Of a DNA stretch of 64,000 bases, positions 9,284-20,459 are shown one piece after another; positions within the stretch are counted from its first letter, which is position 1; every line of letters starts with the position of its first letter. Source of the DNA: Oikopleura dioica (taxonomy: Eukaryota; Animalia; Chordata); NCBI GenBank assembly GCA_907165135.1, contig OU015566.1:14136001-14200000 (forward strand), read 5' to 3'. The position numbers and the translations under genes are program-made. The notes under the pieces are model-generated. The model was not told the origin of the DNA. It made no database searches and was given only the letters and a program-made list of their open reading frames with translations.

Positions 9284-12200
9284 TTAAGAGTTCCTTTTCT
9301 TTTGTTCCGATGAGCTTTTCATTTCGCCAGTCAGCAGAGTATTTTCACCGGCCATTTCGATGTCATGTCCGAAAGTTTCGTGGATTGAAAGTTCCATCAT
9401 CTGCTTTTCGTTCTGGGAGTTAGATGGGTTTCGTTTGCGGCGCTTGTCATCTGGTAGAAGCCCCAAAATCGAGTCTTGAATTTGTGAGCGGCTTTCACCC
9501 ATATCTCGAGCAAAAATGGAACCAATCTTGTGCGCTTTTCCATTTACCTCAATTCTGTCAATTGTATTTGGGTCTGTTTCGCAGCCTCCGAGCCTGGCTA
9601 CTTTTGTCATCGTTGATTCTTGAGATCCGTAGGTAGCTGCCTGCTCCAAAGCTTTGTACACTCCATTCGAGTCGTGGACTCCAGAATGTTTGGAATACTT
9701 TTCTCGTTGAGCTTGGCTCAGATTCTCCCAAACCCAAGTTTTAATATCGCCGAGTTGGGATAAGATCCCGATGTTGAAAGCAGTTTGATTCACGTGTTGG
9801 CTTTTTTGCTGCTCCGCCAGGTTCGCAATTTCGACCTCGTGAACCTCCTGATTATTTTTCATATCTTGAACAGTTGTGTCCAGGTTGACGAAGCGCCTGC
9901 ATTTCCCTATTGTCGTGTCAATTGCAGATTGAAATTTTGGCATTTCACATGCCACCGAAACTGCGTTTGTGACCATTTTAGCCTTCGCGAGCTTCTCCTT
10001 GTCACCACCGAAGCCTTCAAGCGCCGAAGCTGTCATCGACGGTCCACATCTGTCTGCGTGCTTATTCTGCTCCTTTATTAACTTTTGTATAAGCTTGTCT
10101 GTGGCAATAGAGTATAGTGGGTTCAAGGAGCACTGAAAACCAACAGCTTCAGCCGCCTCAGTCAGTGTTTGTAGCATTGGGTGAATGATGCCCTTTCCTA
10201 TCACTCGTCTTTGCTCAGAGCTTATTGGGACGAATTGATAGGTGAAATTGGAGCCCATTCGTTGCCTTTCCAAGCCGGCGTCTACTCTTCCGAATTTCAT
10301 CTTCTTGATTGCGAAGTCAAAGATACGTTTAAACGGAATCACTCCAAGAACAGAAGAGTTCTGGTGAAATGTAAGCAGCTTTAGGTATTTGCCTCTCTGA
10401 AACTCCCAGCCGCGGCTGACAAGCTTCCTGACAACATCGTAGAAGTCTCCGGAGTGCGTGAGATTGCATTCATGAACGAACTCTCCATCCTCTTCTTTTT
10501 GTGTCCAGCATGTAGCCATGAATGGGAGTTTATATGCGTATTTCAGAGGCTCGGATGCGGCCATGGCGTTGCCGCCAAAGTGGACGAAGATGGCGAAGGC
10601 TCTGAAGGTTTTAAATACGATGCCTTTGACCGTGAAATTTCTAGTTTCATCTGTGTAGCGGAATCCATGCATCGTGGTAGTTCTCCCTTGCTTGTCATTA
10701 ACGATGGCGTCGCGGATATCGGCCGGTCGAATGTTGCACTTTGTGAATATATCGATCAGGACTTTCCCAGTAGCGTTTAACAGAATGTGTCCAGCGTATT
10801 CGACAGACCTCCATCTTTCCGGATAATGATCCAAGTCCATGACCAGAGGTCTTGTGGATGCCGCTAGCCCTTCCCGAAAGTCCACCATCGCTCTCCACCA
10901 GCAATCATCAAGATCAGACGAGGGTTCTCTTAATTTGAGCTTCTCATATATGATCGATTTACTGGTTGGGTTTTTATCCAAATCTTTTCTGGATTGTGTG
11001 AGGTATTCTGTATTCGGATTTTTCTTTTCCAGCGTTGGTTTGACCTCGTGCATGATAAGTGGAGTTTCGTCTGGAGTGAGATCATCAGGTTCAAACTTAT
11101 CCTGCGAGTCTTCATGAAGGACTGCCTCCAGAGAAGTTAGTGGGCCATCATCTTGATATTTGTCCCATTTTTCAGGTGATTTTTCTGCTTCAATTTTCTT
11201 GAACTCGTCCGATAAATCAACGAATTTGGCGTTCTTCGGTCGCGGAACAGAGTCTTTCTTGGCTTTTTTATTTGATTGAGATGTCGGATCGGCAGGCAGC
11301 TGCCTGCCTTCTTGAGGCAGATTCTCTTCATCTCTTGCTCTTTTCTTACTAGGGGTGTCATTATCATTTCTAGTGGCGTTTCTGGCATTGCCTTGGTTAT
11401 TTCTATGATTCGAGGACCGTTCATTGTTTTCATCACGCTGATTCCTATTCGATCTGCCGCGGCCTCTTCCACGACCACCACCACGATAGCCCCTTCTCGG
11501 GCCACGATTGAATTGGCGCGTGTTAGCTCTGCCCCTATAGACACGATAGTCATCCCCATAGCCGGATCCACTATTAAAGCTATTTCCGTTGGAGTAGCTA
11601 TCGTCGTAGCCTTCGTCGTAGTAATCATCGTTTTGGGAATATCCTCGTCGATCGTCATACCAGTCGTTATAGCGATCGTTATAACTCCCTGACCAGTTTC
11701 CGCGATTATTGTTGCTCCAGTTACGTCCGCCCCAACCTCTTCTACCTCTGCCATTTCGTGAGCGGTTACCTCGGCCACCGTTTCTACGATTGCCAGTTTG
11801 TCCCCGCTGTTCGCTACGTTCCCGACTGGAATCACGAGGGCGTTCGTTGGCGCGTTCGTAGTTCCTTTTCGGGGACGGCATGTTTGATCCGATTTCTTTG
11901 CTGAACAGAGTATTTATTATTACATGTTTTCCGGATCTCGCTGCTGTTCTTACAGCAGATTGAGTCCTATATGATGATGTTCTTAACGCAAAGTCTAATA
12001 GGCTGAGGAGAGGAGAGAGATAAGTTTGGCTGGGCAGGCGATAAGTGCAGAAGTTACAGCGAGTTTCCCAGATAATGGATATTCTTGGTAGATTTTCATT
12101 TTGCAACGAGCATTCTCTTCTTTCTTTAGACGGCTTCTTTTTATTTTGTATTTTCTCTCTTTGTTGATTTTGCCGGTAATTTTTCCCATCCTCGAGTATG

Positions 12201-12502
12201 ATTCTGAAAACCGAGGTTTTATTAACAGACACGTATTCTATAAACTTACCCAGAGCCGGGAAAATTTGCAAAATTGTGTCTGAAGAATCAACACTGCTTG
12301 GAATAATGTGTGAGTTGACTGCTGCGACACTGAAAACATACGTTTTATTAACAGATTGGCTTAGAAAGTCTACAATAGTTCCGAAGTCCTTATTGTCAAC
12401 TTCCTGCGGGACGTACTTGCAGAGAAAGATCTCATTCTGTCCCAGCTTCTCTGAAGCATCGCACAGTTTTTGTTTGCCCTCGGGCATACATTCTTTAGTC
12501 AT
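9284..12502 (-). CDS. Retroelement ORF1, RG/RGG- and N/D/Y-rich nucleic-acid-binding protein; true start may be ATG 11881 (MPSPKR)
   Basis: Long ORF upstream of APE-RT with RGRGRG repeats and a coiled-coil-like C-terminal part. No CCHC knuckle seen. TTCAG acceptor ~20 nt before ATG 11881. Confidence 0.85.
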   Translation of the reverse strand: MTKECMPEGKQKLCDASEKLGQNEIFLCKYVPQEVDNKDFGTIVDFLSQSVNKTYVFSVAAVNSHIIPSSVDSSDTILQIFPALGKFIEYVSVNKTSVFRIILEDGKNYRQNQQREKIQNKKKPSKERRECSLQNENLPRISIIWETRCNFCTYRLPSQTYLSPLLSLLDFALRTSSYRTQSAVRTAARSGKHVIINTLFSKEIGSNMPSPKRNYERANERPRDSSRERSEQRGQTGNRRNGGRGNRSRNGRGRRGWGGRNWSNNNRGNWSGSYNDRYNDWYDDRRGYSQNDDYYDEGYDDSYSNGNSFNSGSGYGDDYRVYRGRANTRQFNRGPRRGYRGGGRGRGRGRSNRNQRDENNERSSNHRNNQGNARNATRNDNDTPSKKRARDEENLPQEGRQLPADPTSQSNKKAKKDSVPRPKNAKFVDLSDEFKKIEAEKSPEKWDKYQDDGPLTSLEAVLHEDSQDKFEPDDLTPDETPLIMHEVKPTLEKKNPNTEYLTQSRKDLDKNPTSKSIIYEKLKLREPSSDLDDCWWRAMVDFREGLAASTRPLVMDLDHYPERWRSVEYAGHILLNATGKVLIDIFTKCNIRPADIRDAIVNDKQGRTTTMHGFRYTDETRNFTVKGIVFKTFRAFAIFVHFGGNAMAASEPLKYAYKLPFMATCWTQKEEDGEFVHECNLTHSGDFYDVVRKLVSRGWEFQRGKYLKLLTFHQNSSVLGVIPFKRIFDFAIKKMKFGRVDAGLERQRMGSNFTYQFVPISSEQRRVIGKGIIHPMLQTLTEAAEAVGFQCSLNPLYSIATDKLIQKLIKEQNKHADRCGPSMTASALEGFGGDKEKLAKAKMVTNAVSVACEMPKFQSAIDTTIGKCRRFVNLDTTVQDMKNNQEVHEVEIANLAEQQKSQHVNQTAFNIGILSQLGDIKTWVWENLSQAQREKYSKHSGVHDSNGVYKALEQAATYGSQESTMTKVARLGGCETDPNTIDRIEVNGKAHKIGSIFARDMGESRSQIQDSILGLLPDDKRRKRNPSNSQNEKQMMELSIHETFGHDIEMAGENTLLTGEMKSSSEQKKRNS

Positions 12503-12888
12503 TACTCAGCGATTGCTGAGCTGATGCTGCAGCTTTTGACGCAGGCATCTGCCTGCGTCATGCTTGATATGCCTTAGTCAGCACTCGCTGATTGGTTACT
12601 CCAGTGGTGCCTTGGGCAAAATTTGATTAATTTCTTAGAAATTGGTAATTAAGTGGTATTAAATTAAATGAGAAAACAACCCCGAACCCCGCAAGCAGGA
12701 TTGGACTTCTGTGTACCACTTCCAGGGCGTTAACTGTACTCCAGCTATCAAAATAGCAACTGGATTTTTTTTTGAAAACGTGTTTTCTCTGGGATTTCGA
12801 AGTGAGAAGTGAAAAGTGAATGTTGAGAGCGAGAGGGGGCGCCCTAACAACCGCCCCACATCCAATTTTTCGAGACCCTGGTCCAGAC

Positions 12889-13090
12889 CTTTTGTAGCGA
12901 GCCAAACACAAGAGGTCGCTACGTTGTATGGATTGATCTCTTCGAAAGTTGCAAAGTCGGAGAAATCGTAGACGTGGTGATAAATTTGCAGTGCGGAGCA
13001 GGTCACTTTTGGCAGAAGCTCGAGCTTGAGCGAGATGTCGCGGATGAAACGGCAGATTTCGAAGTGCGTTATTTTACTTGTGTCTGTCAT
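12889..13090 (-). CDS. CCNQ: Cyclin Q (FAM58A/cyclin M)-like, exon 1 only; remainder not in window
   Basis: HFEICRFIRDISLKL...TCSALQIYH...NPYNVATSCVWLATK matches the cyclin-Q N-terminal box. GT donor at 12888. Confidence 0.65.
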
Positions 13091-13884
13091 TCTAAACGCT
13101 AGAAATGAGTGACTACTGCATTAGTCTGCGGTTCACGAAAGTAGACTCAAACAACCTCTGAAGATCACGAGCCTGCTTGTAAGATAGTTCAAGGGGTAAC
13201 TGTTAAACATTTGGTCAACTAAAGAAACATTCTTTGCCAATATCTCAAGACTCAGCGCCCATAGGAAATAATTCATAACCCATTATCTAAATGAATATAT
13301 TATAATTCAAAATATCATCGAGTATTTAAACCCTTCTCCAGACGTCACTTTATAGACAATGAAATTCCTCATCATATCAAAAATATTTTCGTTAAACGCT
13401 TTTCTGATCGAAGACATGCAAAGATTGAGAAATGAGTGCATGAAAAGTAAGGAAAATAATGTACCCTTGTGAACGTCATTTTTAGTCCGACTTGCTTATA
13501 TGAGCAGATCGAATATGGCGGGAATGAACTTTTACGACATTCAAAAGGAGTGCGATGGAGTGTTACAGTTGTTCTTATATAAGGAAAGTTAAAGAAAAAC
13601 ATATCTCTGACAAACATTATCGAAGGATATTTCTTGACCTTAAAAAAAAGTACGAAGAACAGAATGAAAGCATAAGCCACGCTGCGCACGGCCACAGTAA
13701 TTAAATCTGTCAAAAATAAAAAAAAAGTAATGTTTTTCTGAAAACTTCGTTCCGAAAAAACCTGTGAATAAATTGGAAATGAAATTGAATTGTGCGTGAA
13801 GTTATGCCATCAATTATTCAGAAGATCTTTACTATAAAAATGAAGCGTATCCTTGGTCGACTCCTAAGATGAACATCTTCCAAG

Positions 13885-14200
13885 ATGATGCGAACAAAAG
13901 TCATTTTCATATTTTTCTTAGCAGCAAGTGCTTTTACAATCGACGACCTTCAAAAAACTTCAGTTTGATTGCATGAAAAGTACCGAAAACTTTCACCCTC
14001 AGCAATATAGTAAAACATTGTTTAGTAAGAATGCAAGTTCTGACGAAAGATATTTACACATTCGATTACTTTCAAGCCCAAGACGAATGCGAAATGGTTA
14101 TTCATTACTTCCTTGAAAAGTTCAGTTACGAATTCGAACAAGTTGAGCATAATCTCGAAGAAGAGCTGAAATTTGTTCAGAAGTATTTGAGCCCTTTTGG
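13885..14200 (+). CDS. Small secreted protein, paralogue 1 (apparent frameshift in A6 run 13952-13957; 3' end uncertain)
   Basis: Signal peptide MMRTKVIFIFFLAASA, then FTIDDLQKLQFDCMK..VRMQVLTK..ECE, similar to paralogue 2. Confidence 0.4.
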
Positions 14201-14598
14201 GTAGAACTACTGTACAAAAGTTATTAATGTGGTTCCTTTAAGAAATCCTTTGAAAACAACTTTATAAATTTATGAATAAAAAACATTTTCTGCTTATTTG
14301 GCCCCCTTTGATCGTTGCTGCCGATATGGAGGCATTAGATTTTGGACAAATTCAAGAAGAATGCGATACTGTGAACGAAATTTTTTTGAAAACTAATAAG
14401 TAAAGCTTCAAAAACAACCCACATGGGCCATGTGACATGGCACCCACACAGCAGCATTAATTTTGAAATAAAGGAGATAAAGATAGAATCTTCAGTCGAT
14501 ATGGCGAAAACGGGTTCAAGAGTGCATGATAGAATGCTTTTCGACTGAAAAGACATCATTTCATTCATCGTCAGCCAAGAACATTATCGACTGTCACC

Positions 14599-14785
14599 AA
14601 AATAGTGGGTATCCTTGCCCAGCTACCAGGGAAAAGGGACTATGCTTTTTAGTTTTGGTCATCTTCGAGGCCCAATTATGATCAAGGCGTCAAGGCGATG
14701 CAGGAAGTGAGAGGATGCTGCATCCTGCAAGGACAAGGGGACACATGCACCGAGTCAAGAATGACTACCAGGATACCCCTATTTT
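14599..14785. mobile_element. Putative MITE (~185 bp)
   Basis: Imperfect terminal inverted repeats AAAATAGTGGGTATCCT / AGGATACCCCTATTTT around a GC-richer insert. Confidence 0.4.
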
Positions 14786-14858
14786 AATTATTAAAAAGGT
14801 TTGTATTTAAAACGGGCACTCACTTCAAAATTTACAGTATTTAACACACCAACCAAAA

Positions 14859-15200
14859 ATGAGACTTTTTGCAGGGCTGGTGTTTCTTTTCAATTTTCAA
14901 CCGTCGACAACCTTCACGATCAACGACTTGCAGTGTCTTTTTCAAGACTGCATGAGGGTCCGAATCAAGATGCTCTCCAGAAAAGGGATGGAAAACTTGT
15001 TGATAGAAAATGTCGAAAGAGAGTGTGATCGAATCATGAAGGTCTTTATAACGAAGGAAAAATTGAAAACAAGGAAGAGTAAAAAAATTTTGAACACCCA
15101 TTTTCAATCATGAAAAAGTACAAAGACGAGTTTGAAAATCTGAAACACGACGGAGAGGGCCACAAGTTAACACCAACCTTCACATCATCGATATTGGCGA
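14859..15200 (+). CDS. Small secreted protein, paralogue 2 (3' end uncertain)
   Basis: MRLFAGLVFLF signal-like start, then FTINDLQCLFQDCMRVRIKML..RECD. Confidence 0.4.
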
Positions 15201-15301
15201 TTCTTACAGGAAAATAAAGTATTTCATCATGAAAAAGGAGATTTTATTTGAAAATAAAGTTGGCAGTAAAAAAATATAAAAATGAATGAGTATTGCAAAA
15301 T

Positions 15302-17161
15302 CTAATGGACTTTCACTTTTCGATGACTTTCTTCGTCTCTTGTGGCATAGATCCAAAGAAGGAAAATGATGAAAACAACGGCGAAACAGATCGTGGCGAT
15401 GGGAGCATCCCGTAAACAGACTTCTGAATCTTCGCAAGTGCCCATTACAGATGTGAAAATATCCGAGGGTTGGCGGGTGTATTGAATGAAGATAACACGG
15501 TGTTCGACTTAAATTCTAGTGATTCATCGAGAAAAGATCGAGGTCTTACTGTCGTAGGTTGTGTCCGCTGCGAAAGTTGTCGAATTCGGGTAGTAAAAAT
15601 ACTCATTTTGCGCGCCTAAAATGCTGTACTCAAAGTTCGGCGTTCCTTCTTCGAATAAAATGGTTGTCTGTCACAGGTTTTACAACAGATACTTTCTACA
15701 AAGAAAATTCTCGTACTGAAAACTTTCCTGAAAGGCAAAGGGGTAACGACAGTTTTGGATTTCATCTGATTTATCCAGAACAGCGACATTCTGAGGGCCG
15801 ACCGTAGCGCTCTTTCCGAATTCAAGAGCGACTTGATTTTTGATAGCTAAAGCATCATTTTCACAAGTTCCATCAATGGCGACACTCAAGGAGCAAGACA
15901 TGATATGATCCTCGCCAAATTTGATCGAGTAACTCGAATCAGCACAGGAAGTAAAGTCGAGAGATGGAGTTATTTTCAGCTCGTTACCCGGTAAGATGCT
16001 AATAAGTAAAATAAGAAGGGATAAACTTTAATAAACAAACCTTGTTTGTAACGCGGCATTCGCGGTAAGACTTCCTTCCAATAACGAGATGACAGACGCT
16101 TTCGGTGTTTCATTTGTGTAATCGATTATCAGCGTCGCTGCGTTGATCTGAAAACAAAGCATTCATACAACATTAAAAGAGCTATAACTACTGTATATCC
16201 GGATGCTCCAGCTGTCGTCTCAATCTTCAGTTCCATCGTTTGAACATAACTTCCACTCGGAGACGCCAGATCAACTGTTTCTCCAGCAGCATTTTGAACA
16301 TTCAAGGAAACGGTATTCGTGCACTTTTTCGTTGCACAGACGTTAGTTCCAGCGAGACCGGTTATTTCAGCGGCGTTGGAGGAAATTTGTTGACATGCTT
16401 TTTTGATGATTAGTTTCTTGAGTGGAAGCGGGGAGAACTGGCAGTTTCCAAGGAAGGACTGGATGAAGTTTACTTTTGCGATTGAGTCGTCTCCCAGCTT
16501 TTTTAAAATTTGATCGCCGGGGCAGTATGCATCAGCCGAGCTGCAAGAAGTCGAAGAAATTGAGGTTGGAAGGACGCTTGCATCGATGGGTTGCTCTGCA
16601 TAAGATATTCCTCTGAAGTTAGAGTTGTCTTTGACCATGTACCAAGGGAGCGATTTTTCTTGCTGTTCGCAGAGAAGCCGGACTAATTCGTAGTCGTCCA
16701 AGCGGGAGGGATTCGTGCATAAATCACCAAAAGAATCACCAGTCTTCTTGGCGAACGAGAAGAAGAACTCGAAGTTTTCCGTTGTTGTCCAACACCAGAC
16801 TTTTCCGTTGTTGATATTCGCTGACAGGTCCGCAGTTGGCTCGATCGAAATCGTCTTTTGAGCACTCGTCGAATCAGGCGTGTATGTTACTTTTAAGTTT
16901 TCAGCTGTTACTTGCACTTCTTGGCCAAAATTTTCAATCACTGCGGTTGAGGCAAAGTTCGTCTTTGAAAAGTAAGTTTTGTTAGTAAAATTGAAGATCT
17001 ACCTGAGCATCACTGAGAATCATATTCAAATCATATGTTGGGTAGCAACTGCCAGGAGCAGGAGTCGACTCAAAATACAGCTTTTCAAAACCAATCTGGC
17101 TTTTTGGAGATACTGATAACCCCAATATACTCGGAAAGAACGTCCATCCTAGATATTTCAT
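15302..17161 (-). CDS. Cys-rich type I membrane protein, tectonic (TCTN2)-like, multi-exon
   Basis: Signal peptide MKYLGWTFFPSILGLSVS; SIKFGEDHIMSCSL resembles the tectonic LFGEN..SGC motif; C-terminal CEDSEVC followed by TM segment IATICFAVVFIIFLLWIYA. Confidence 0.5.
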
Positions 17162-17239
17162 TCTAGATAGACAAAATTCAAATCTAAAGTATATCATAAA
17201 ACGGACTTTGGCAGTGTTTTTTCAAGTGTTTGGCTGAAC

Positions 17240-19743
17240 TTATGAAACAGGTTTTTCTTGAGAACTTGGCTGGAGCATCGTCGCTCGGTTACAAGCAACA
17301 GTGATTTTTTCCAAGGATTTCGCGACCTTTTCACACTTTTCGTGAGTGTCATATCTACAGCTTTTCGTTCTACAGAGGCAAACATGCTTTGCTCCTCGCC
17401 GTGCCCAATACTGATCGCCATAGTTTAGCGTGAGCTCTTCTCCTTTCTCAATTCTTCGCGTCGCGAAAAGAGCGATGGAAGGAATCCTGTAGTCATCATG
17501 GGTGCGGATGATTCGCACAGGGACCAGGTTGTGCTCGCAGGAGTGGTTGATGAATCTGAAAACGCTAGATAAGGCGAAAATTTACTTTTTTACCTCGATG
17601 AGTTCGCAAACTGCGACTGATCCAAAAAGTAGCTTCTTCCTCCAAAAGTCGATATTTTCATCATGAATTCCTTCAACACAGTCGTTCCGCTTTCTAGCGC
17701 AATAACTTCGCCAATCATCGGCATCACATATTCCCCTGCCTTTATTTCCGTCGTCGTTCTGAGCGACCATTCTTTGAGCAGCTCTTGGTTTCGGAATATT
17801 TCAACTTGCTTGGGGTCGATATTTTTCAGATGCAAGTTTTTGCACAGTCGAAAGTCGCAAGAACAAAGCTCGTTGCAGTCATAAACAGCCGTAGTTGATC
17901 CTACAAGAATTTGAAAATAAGATAAATTCGACTCGAGTTACCTTGATATCGAGCATAAACATCCAAATCCAAAGTTCTATCGCTCTTGAACAAGCCTCGG
18001 TCAGAATTCGACCGACAAACACAGTTCTAGTAGAAAATTGAATAATCAAAGCTTGAAACTGTACTCTTACCATTCCACTACAGTCTCCCGAACACTGGCA
18101 AGACACGGCATCAATAATATCTCTCTTGAATCTCAAACCTCTCAGTTTCGTCCTTGTTATCATCATGTACTGAAATCAAAATAAACAAGCATCAAAATAA
18201 TTTCGACTACCGTAAATGATGGAAACTTCAAATCATCGATTCCGTTGATCACGTGGACGGGGAAGCTTTCTTTTCCATTTGCAACATCGTGTATCACCAT
18301 CAGTCCATTAAGCCTTTGATATTTTCGTGACTCGACATTGCAGTTTTCTTCAATTTGCTGAAGAAGCACCTTCGCGCGGCCAGTTGCGATATCTACCGGG
18401 TTCTTCTTCTGCATCGCGTGTAAATTTCGATCGTAAAATTGCAAGAGAACTCCAAGAGTTTGAACGGCTTTGTTTTCTTCCAACTGAGCAGCATAATAAA
18501 TCGGAGACGCAGAATTTTGATCCCACGTGCACAAAAGCTGTCGGTCTTTTTCCAGGAGAATTTTGCAGCGCTCTGCGTATCCATATTGAGCTGCCCAATG
18601 AAGAACGTTCTTTCCCGCTCGATCTGGGATGTAGAGATCTTTTGGATTGCAACTTTCAAGGAAGTATTTGAATACTTCCATATCTGGATTTTCCAGCGCC
18701 CAGTGAATGCAAGTAAATCCTGTTAAATCTTGAACAGGGATGTTTTCCGCGTTCACGAGCAATTTAACTATCGGCCGAGAGCAATTTTGAGCTGATAGAT
18801 GGGCCGCGGTTCGTCCATTGTCATCCATTCGTTTCACATCGACGCCAGATTTCAAGCAATACTGGACGGAACGAAGCTCATTGCTTTGCACAACATCGAT
18901 GAGGATTGAAAACTTGCCTTCTTCGCCAAATCGCTTATTCGGCGAAACTCCAAATTTATGAAAGACTTCCGCCAGATCAAGTCGCTTCTTCTTGATGCAA
19001 TAATCAAAAATAGAAATCCCAGCAATGGAATGAAGGATGGATTCGACCGGACTCTTCAAGATTTCAGCAATTTTTTCAACATAAGAAGAGTCGATCGCTC
19101 GCCTGACTTGTTCAGCCGTAGAAGTTTTAGTAACAGGACTTATTTTTATATAGTGCGTCAAGATTTCCGCCATGTATTGGTTTTCCACCGTCGTAAATTT
19201 GAACGGCTGGTATTTGATCTTGTAGCTTTTAATCGCAGCTGAAGGTCTTGTTTTTGGCGTCCTTCGTTCCCGCATGAATTTTTTCTCACAATGAGGGCAT
19301 TTATCATGCTCCTTTTGAAGCTGAACGCAGTCTGCATGTGTTCGATGGCCATCGGTACATTCTTGATAGTCGAGCAACTGACAGCGCATTCCACATTGCG
19401 GGCAGAACTGATGCTTTTTCAGCTGAGCCTCGCAGCTTTCGCAGAGCTTGATGAAGAAAGACGCGTGTTCTGTTGGGCGAAAGGAGATTGTTGAGTTGGA
19501 AATTGGATTGGAACACATGTTGATGGAATCGTCGGTGATTTCGATGGAGCAACATGTTTTTGAAGAAAAGTCTGTGGTGTGAGGAATCAAGCAGCTGCAG
19601 TTGGTTCTTTCGGAAAGAATATCGTTCATTTTAGCTTTCTTTGTTGGAGGTATTTTAACTTCGACTTCTGCCACAACAACGCCATTGCTCAGAGACTGAT
19701 TTGAGCTTGAGTCCGACTTTGTGACTGCCATTCTGAAACGCAT
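17240..19743 (-). CDS. EHMT1: G9a/GLP-like H3K9 methyltransferase (Cys-rich region, ankyrin repeats, pre-SET, SET, post-SET), multi-exon
   Basis: Ankyrin repeats (GRTAAHLSA, GKNVLHWAA), DVANGKE, FINHSC, ELTLNYG..YW, CLCRTKSCR. EHMT1 vs EHMT2 cannot be resolved. Confidence 0.85.
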
Positions 19744-19806
19744 TGATAAGCAGGGGTCGATAACTGATCAGTAAATCTAAATGTTGGCAGTAAGGAATTT
19801 CATCTA

Positions 19807-20355
19807 TCATCTTCGTCGACGATCGCGAGATCTTGAGCGGGAGCGTGACCTCGAGTACGATCGGTCTCGATTTTTCCGCTCTTTTCTTCGTTTCTCACGC
19901 TCCTCTTTCTTTGCTTTTTTCTTCGCTTTCTTGAGTTTTTTCTTCTCCTTCGCAGCTTTCAAACTCGCTAAATAAATCGTCTAATTTATTGGTTTCAAAA
20001 CAAGCACCTTTCAATTCATTGAGAAGGCGCACGTCCTCGTCCTCTGAGCTTGTCGAAGAAATGTCGAGAACAAAGTTTTGGCTTTTGCCAGCGCCGATTT
20101 TTATTCCATTTCGGCACTCGTAGCTCAAATGTCCGGGATACCCGCATTTTCGGCAACCAGAAATAGCGTTTCTATTCGTATTTCCAGCTGAGGCATATTC
20201 ATCAAGAGTCTTTCCGTCGACTCTTCAAAATCACAGTTATACCTTCAATGACGGGTAACTTCTTACCCGTATTCAGTTCCAGCTTCGATGCTCTGTTGCG
20301 CTGTCCCGTGCTGATTTCTGCCGAAAGCGATGTTGTCATCTTCCGAATCCGACAT
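19807..20355 (-). CDS. SREK1IP1: SREK1-interacting protein 1 (CCHC knuckle, K/RS-rich tail), multi-exon
   Basis: GCRKCGYPGHLSYECRN..DISSTSSE, followed by a K-rich and RS-rich C-terminus. Confidence 0.85.
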
Positions 20356-20459
20356 TCTAACGAAGGAAAAGATTCATTATTTTTTATCAGAATATTGAAA
20401 GTTAGCGATAAGCAAATATGGATAAAGGAAACATTTATAAAGGACTTTGTTTGTGCTGA

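Larger units (their letters stand above)
969..12560. repeat. Dispersed 16-bp palindrome family GCAGGCAGCTGCCTGC (9 copies)
   Basis: Copies at 969, 2827, 3736, 5147, 6801, 7993, 9629, 11292, 12541, with 0-3 mismatches (the 7993 copy has a different, 1-nt longer centre). Confidence 0.9.
1030..12620 (-). mobile_element. Large intact non-LTR (LINE-like, APE-RT) retrotransposon with three ORFs; boundaries approximate and it may extend past the left edge
   Basis: Three long intronless ORFs in tandem; ORF2 has APE and RT motifs. Minus-strand AATAAA (1044-1049) and an A-rich run (1030-1040) follow ORF3. It lies downstream of the cyclin Q exon-1 donor. No TSD found. Confidence 0.85.

Noticed and set aside
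11137-11835. 232-aa alternative-frame ORF within ORF1
   Set aside because: Expected shadow of low-complexity R/G/N/D codons; no independent evidence.
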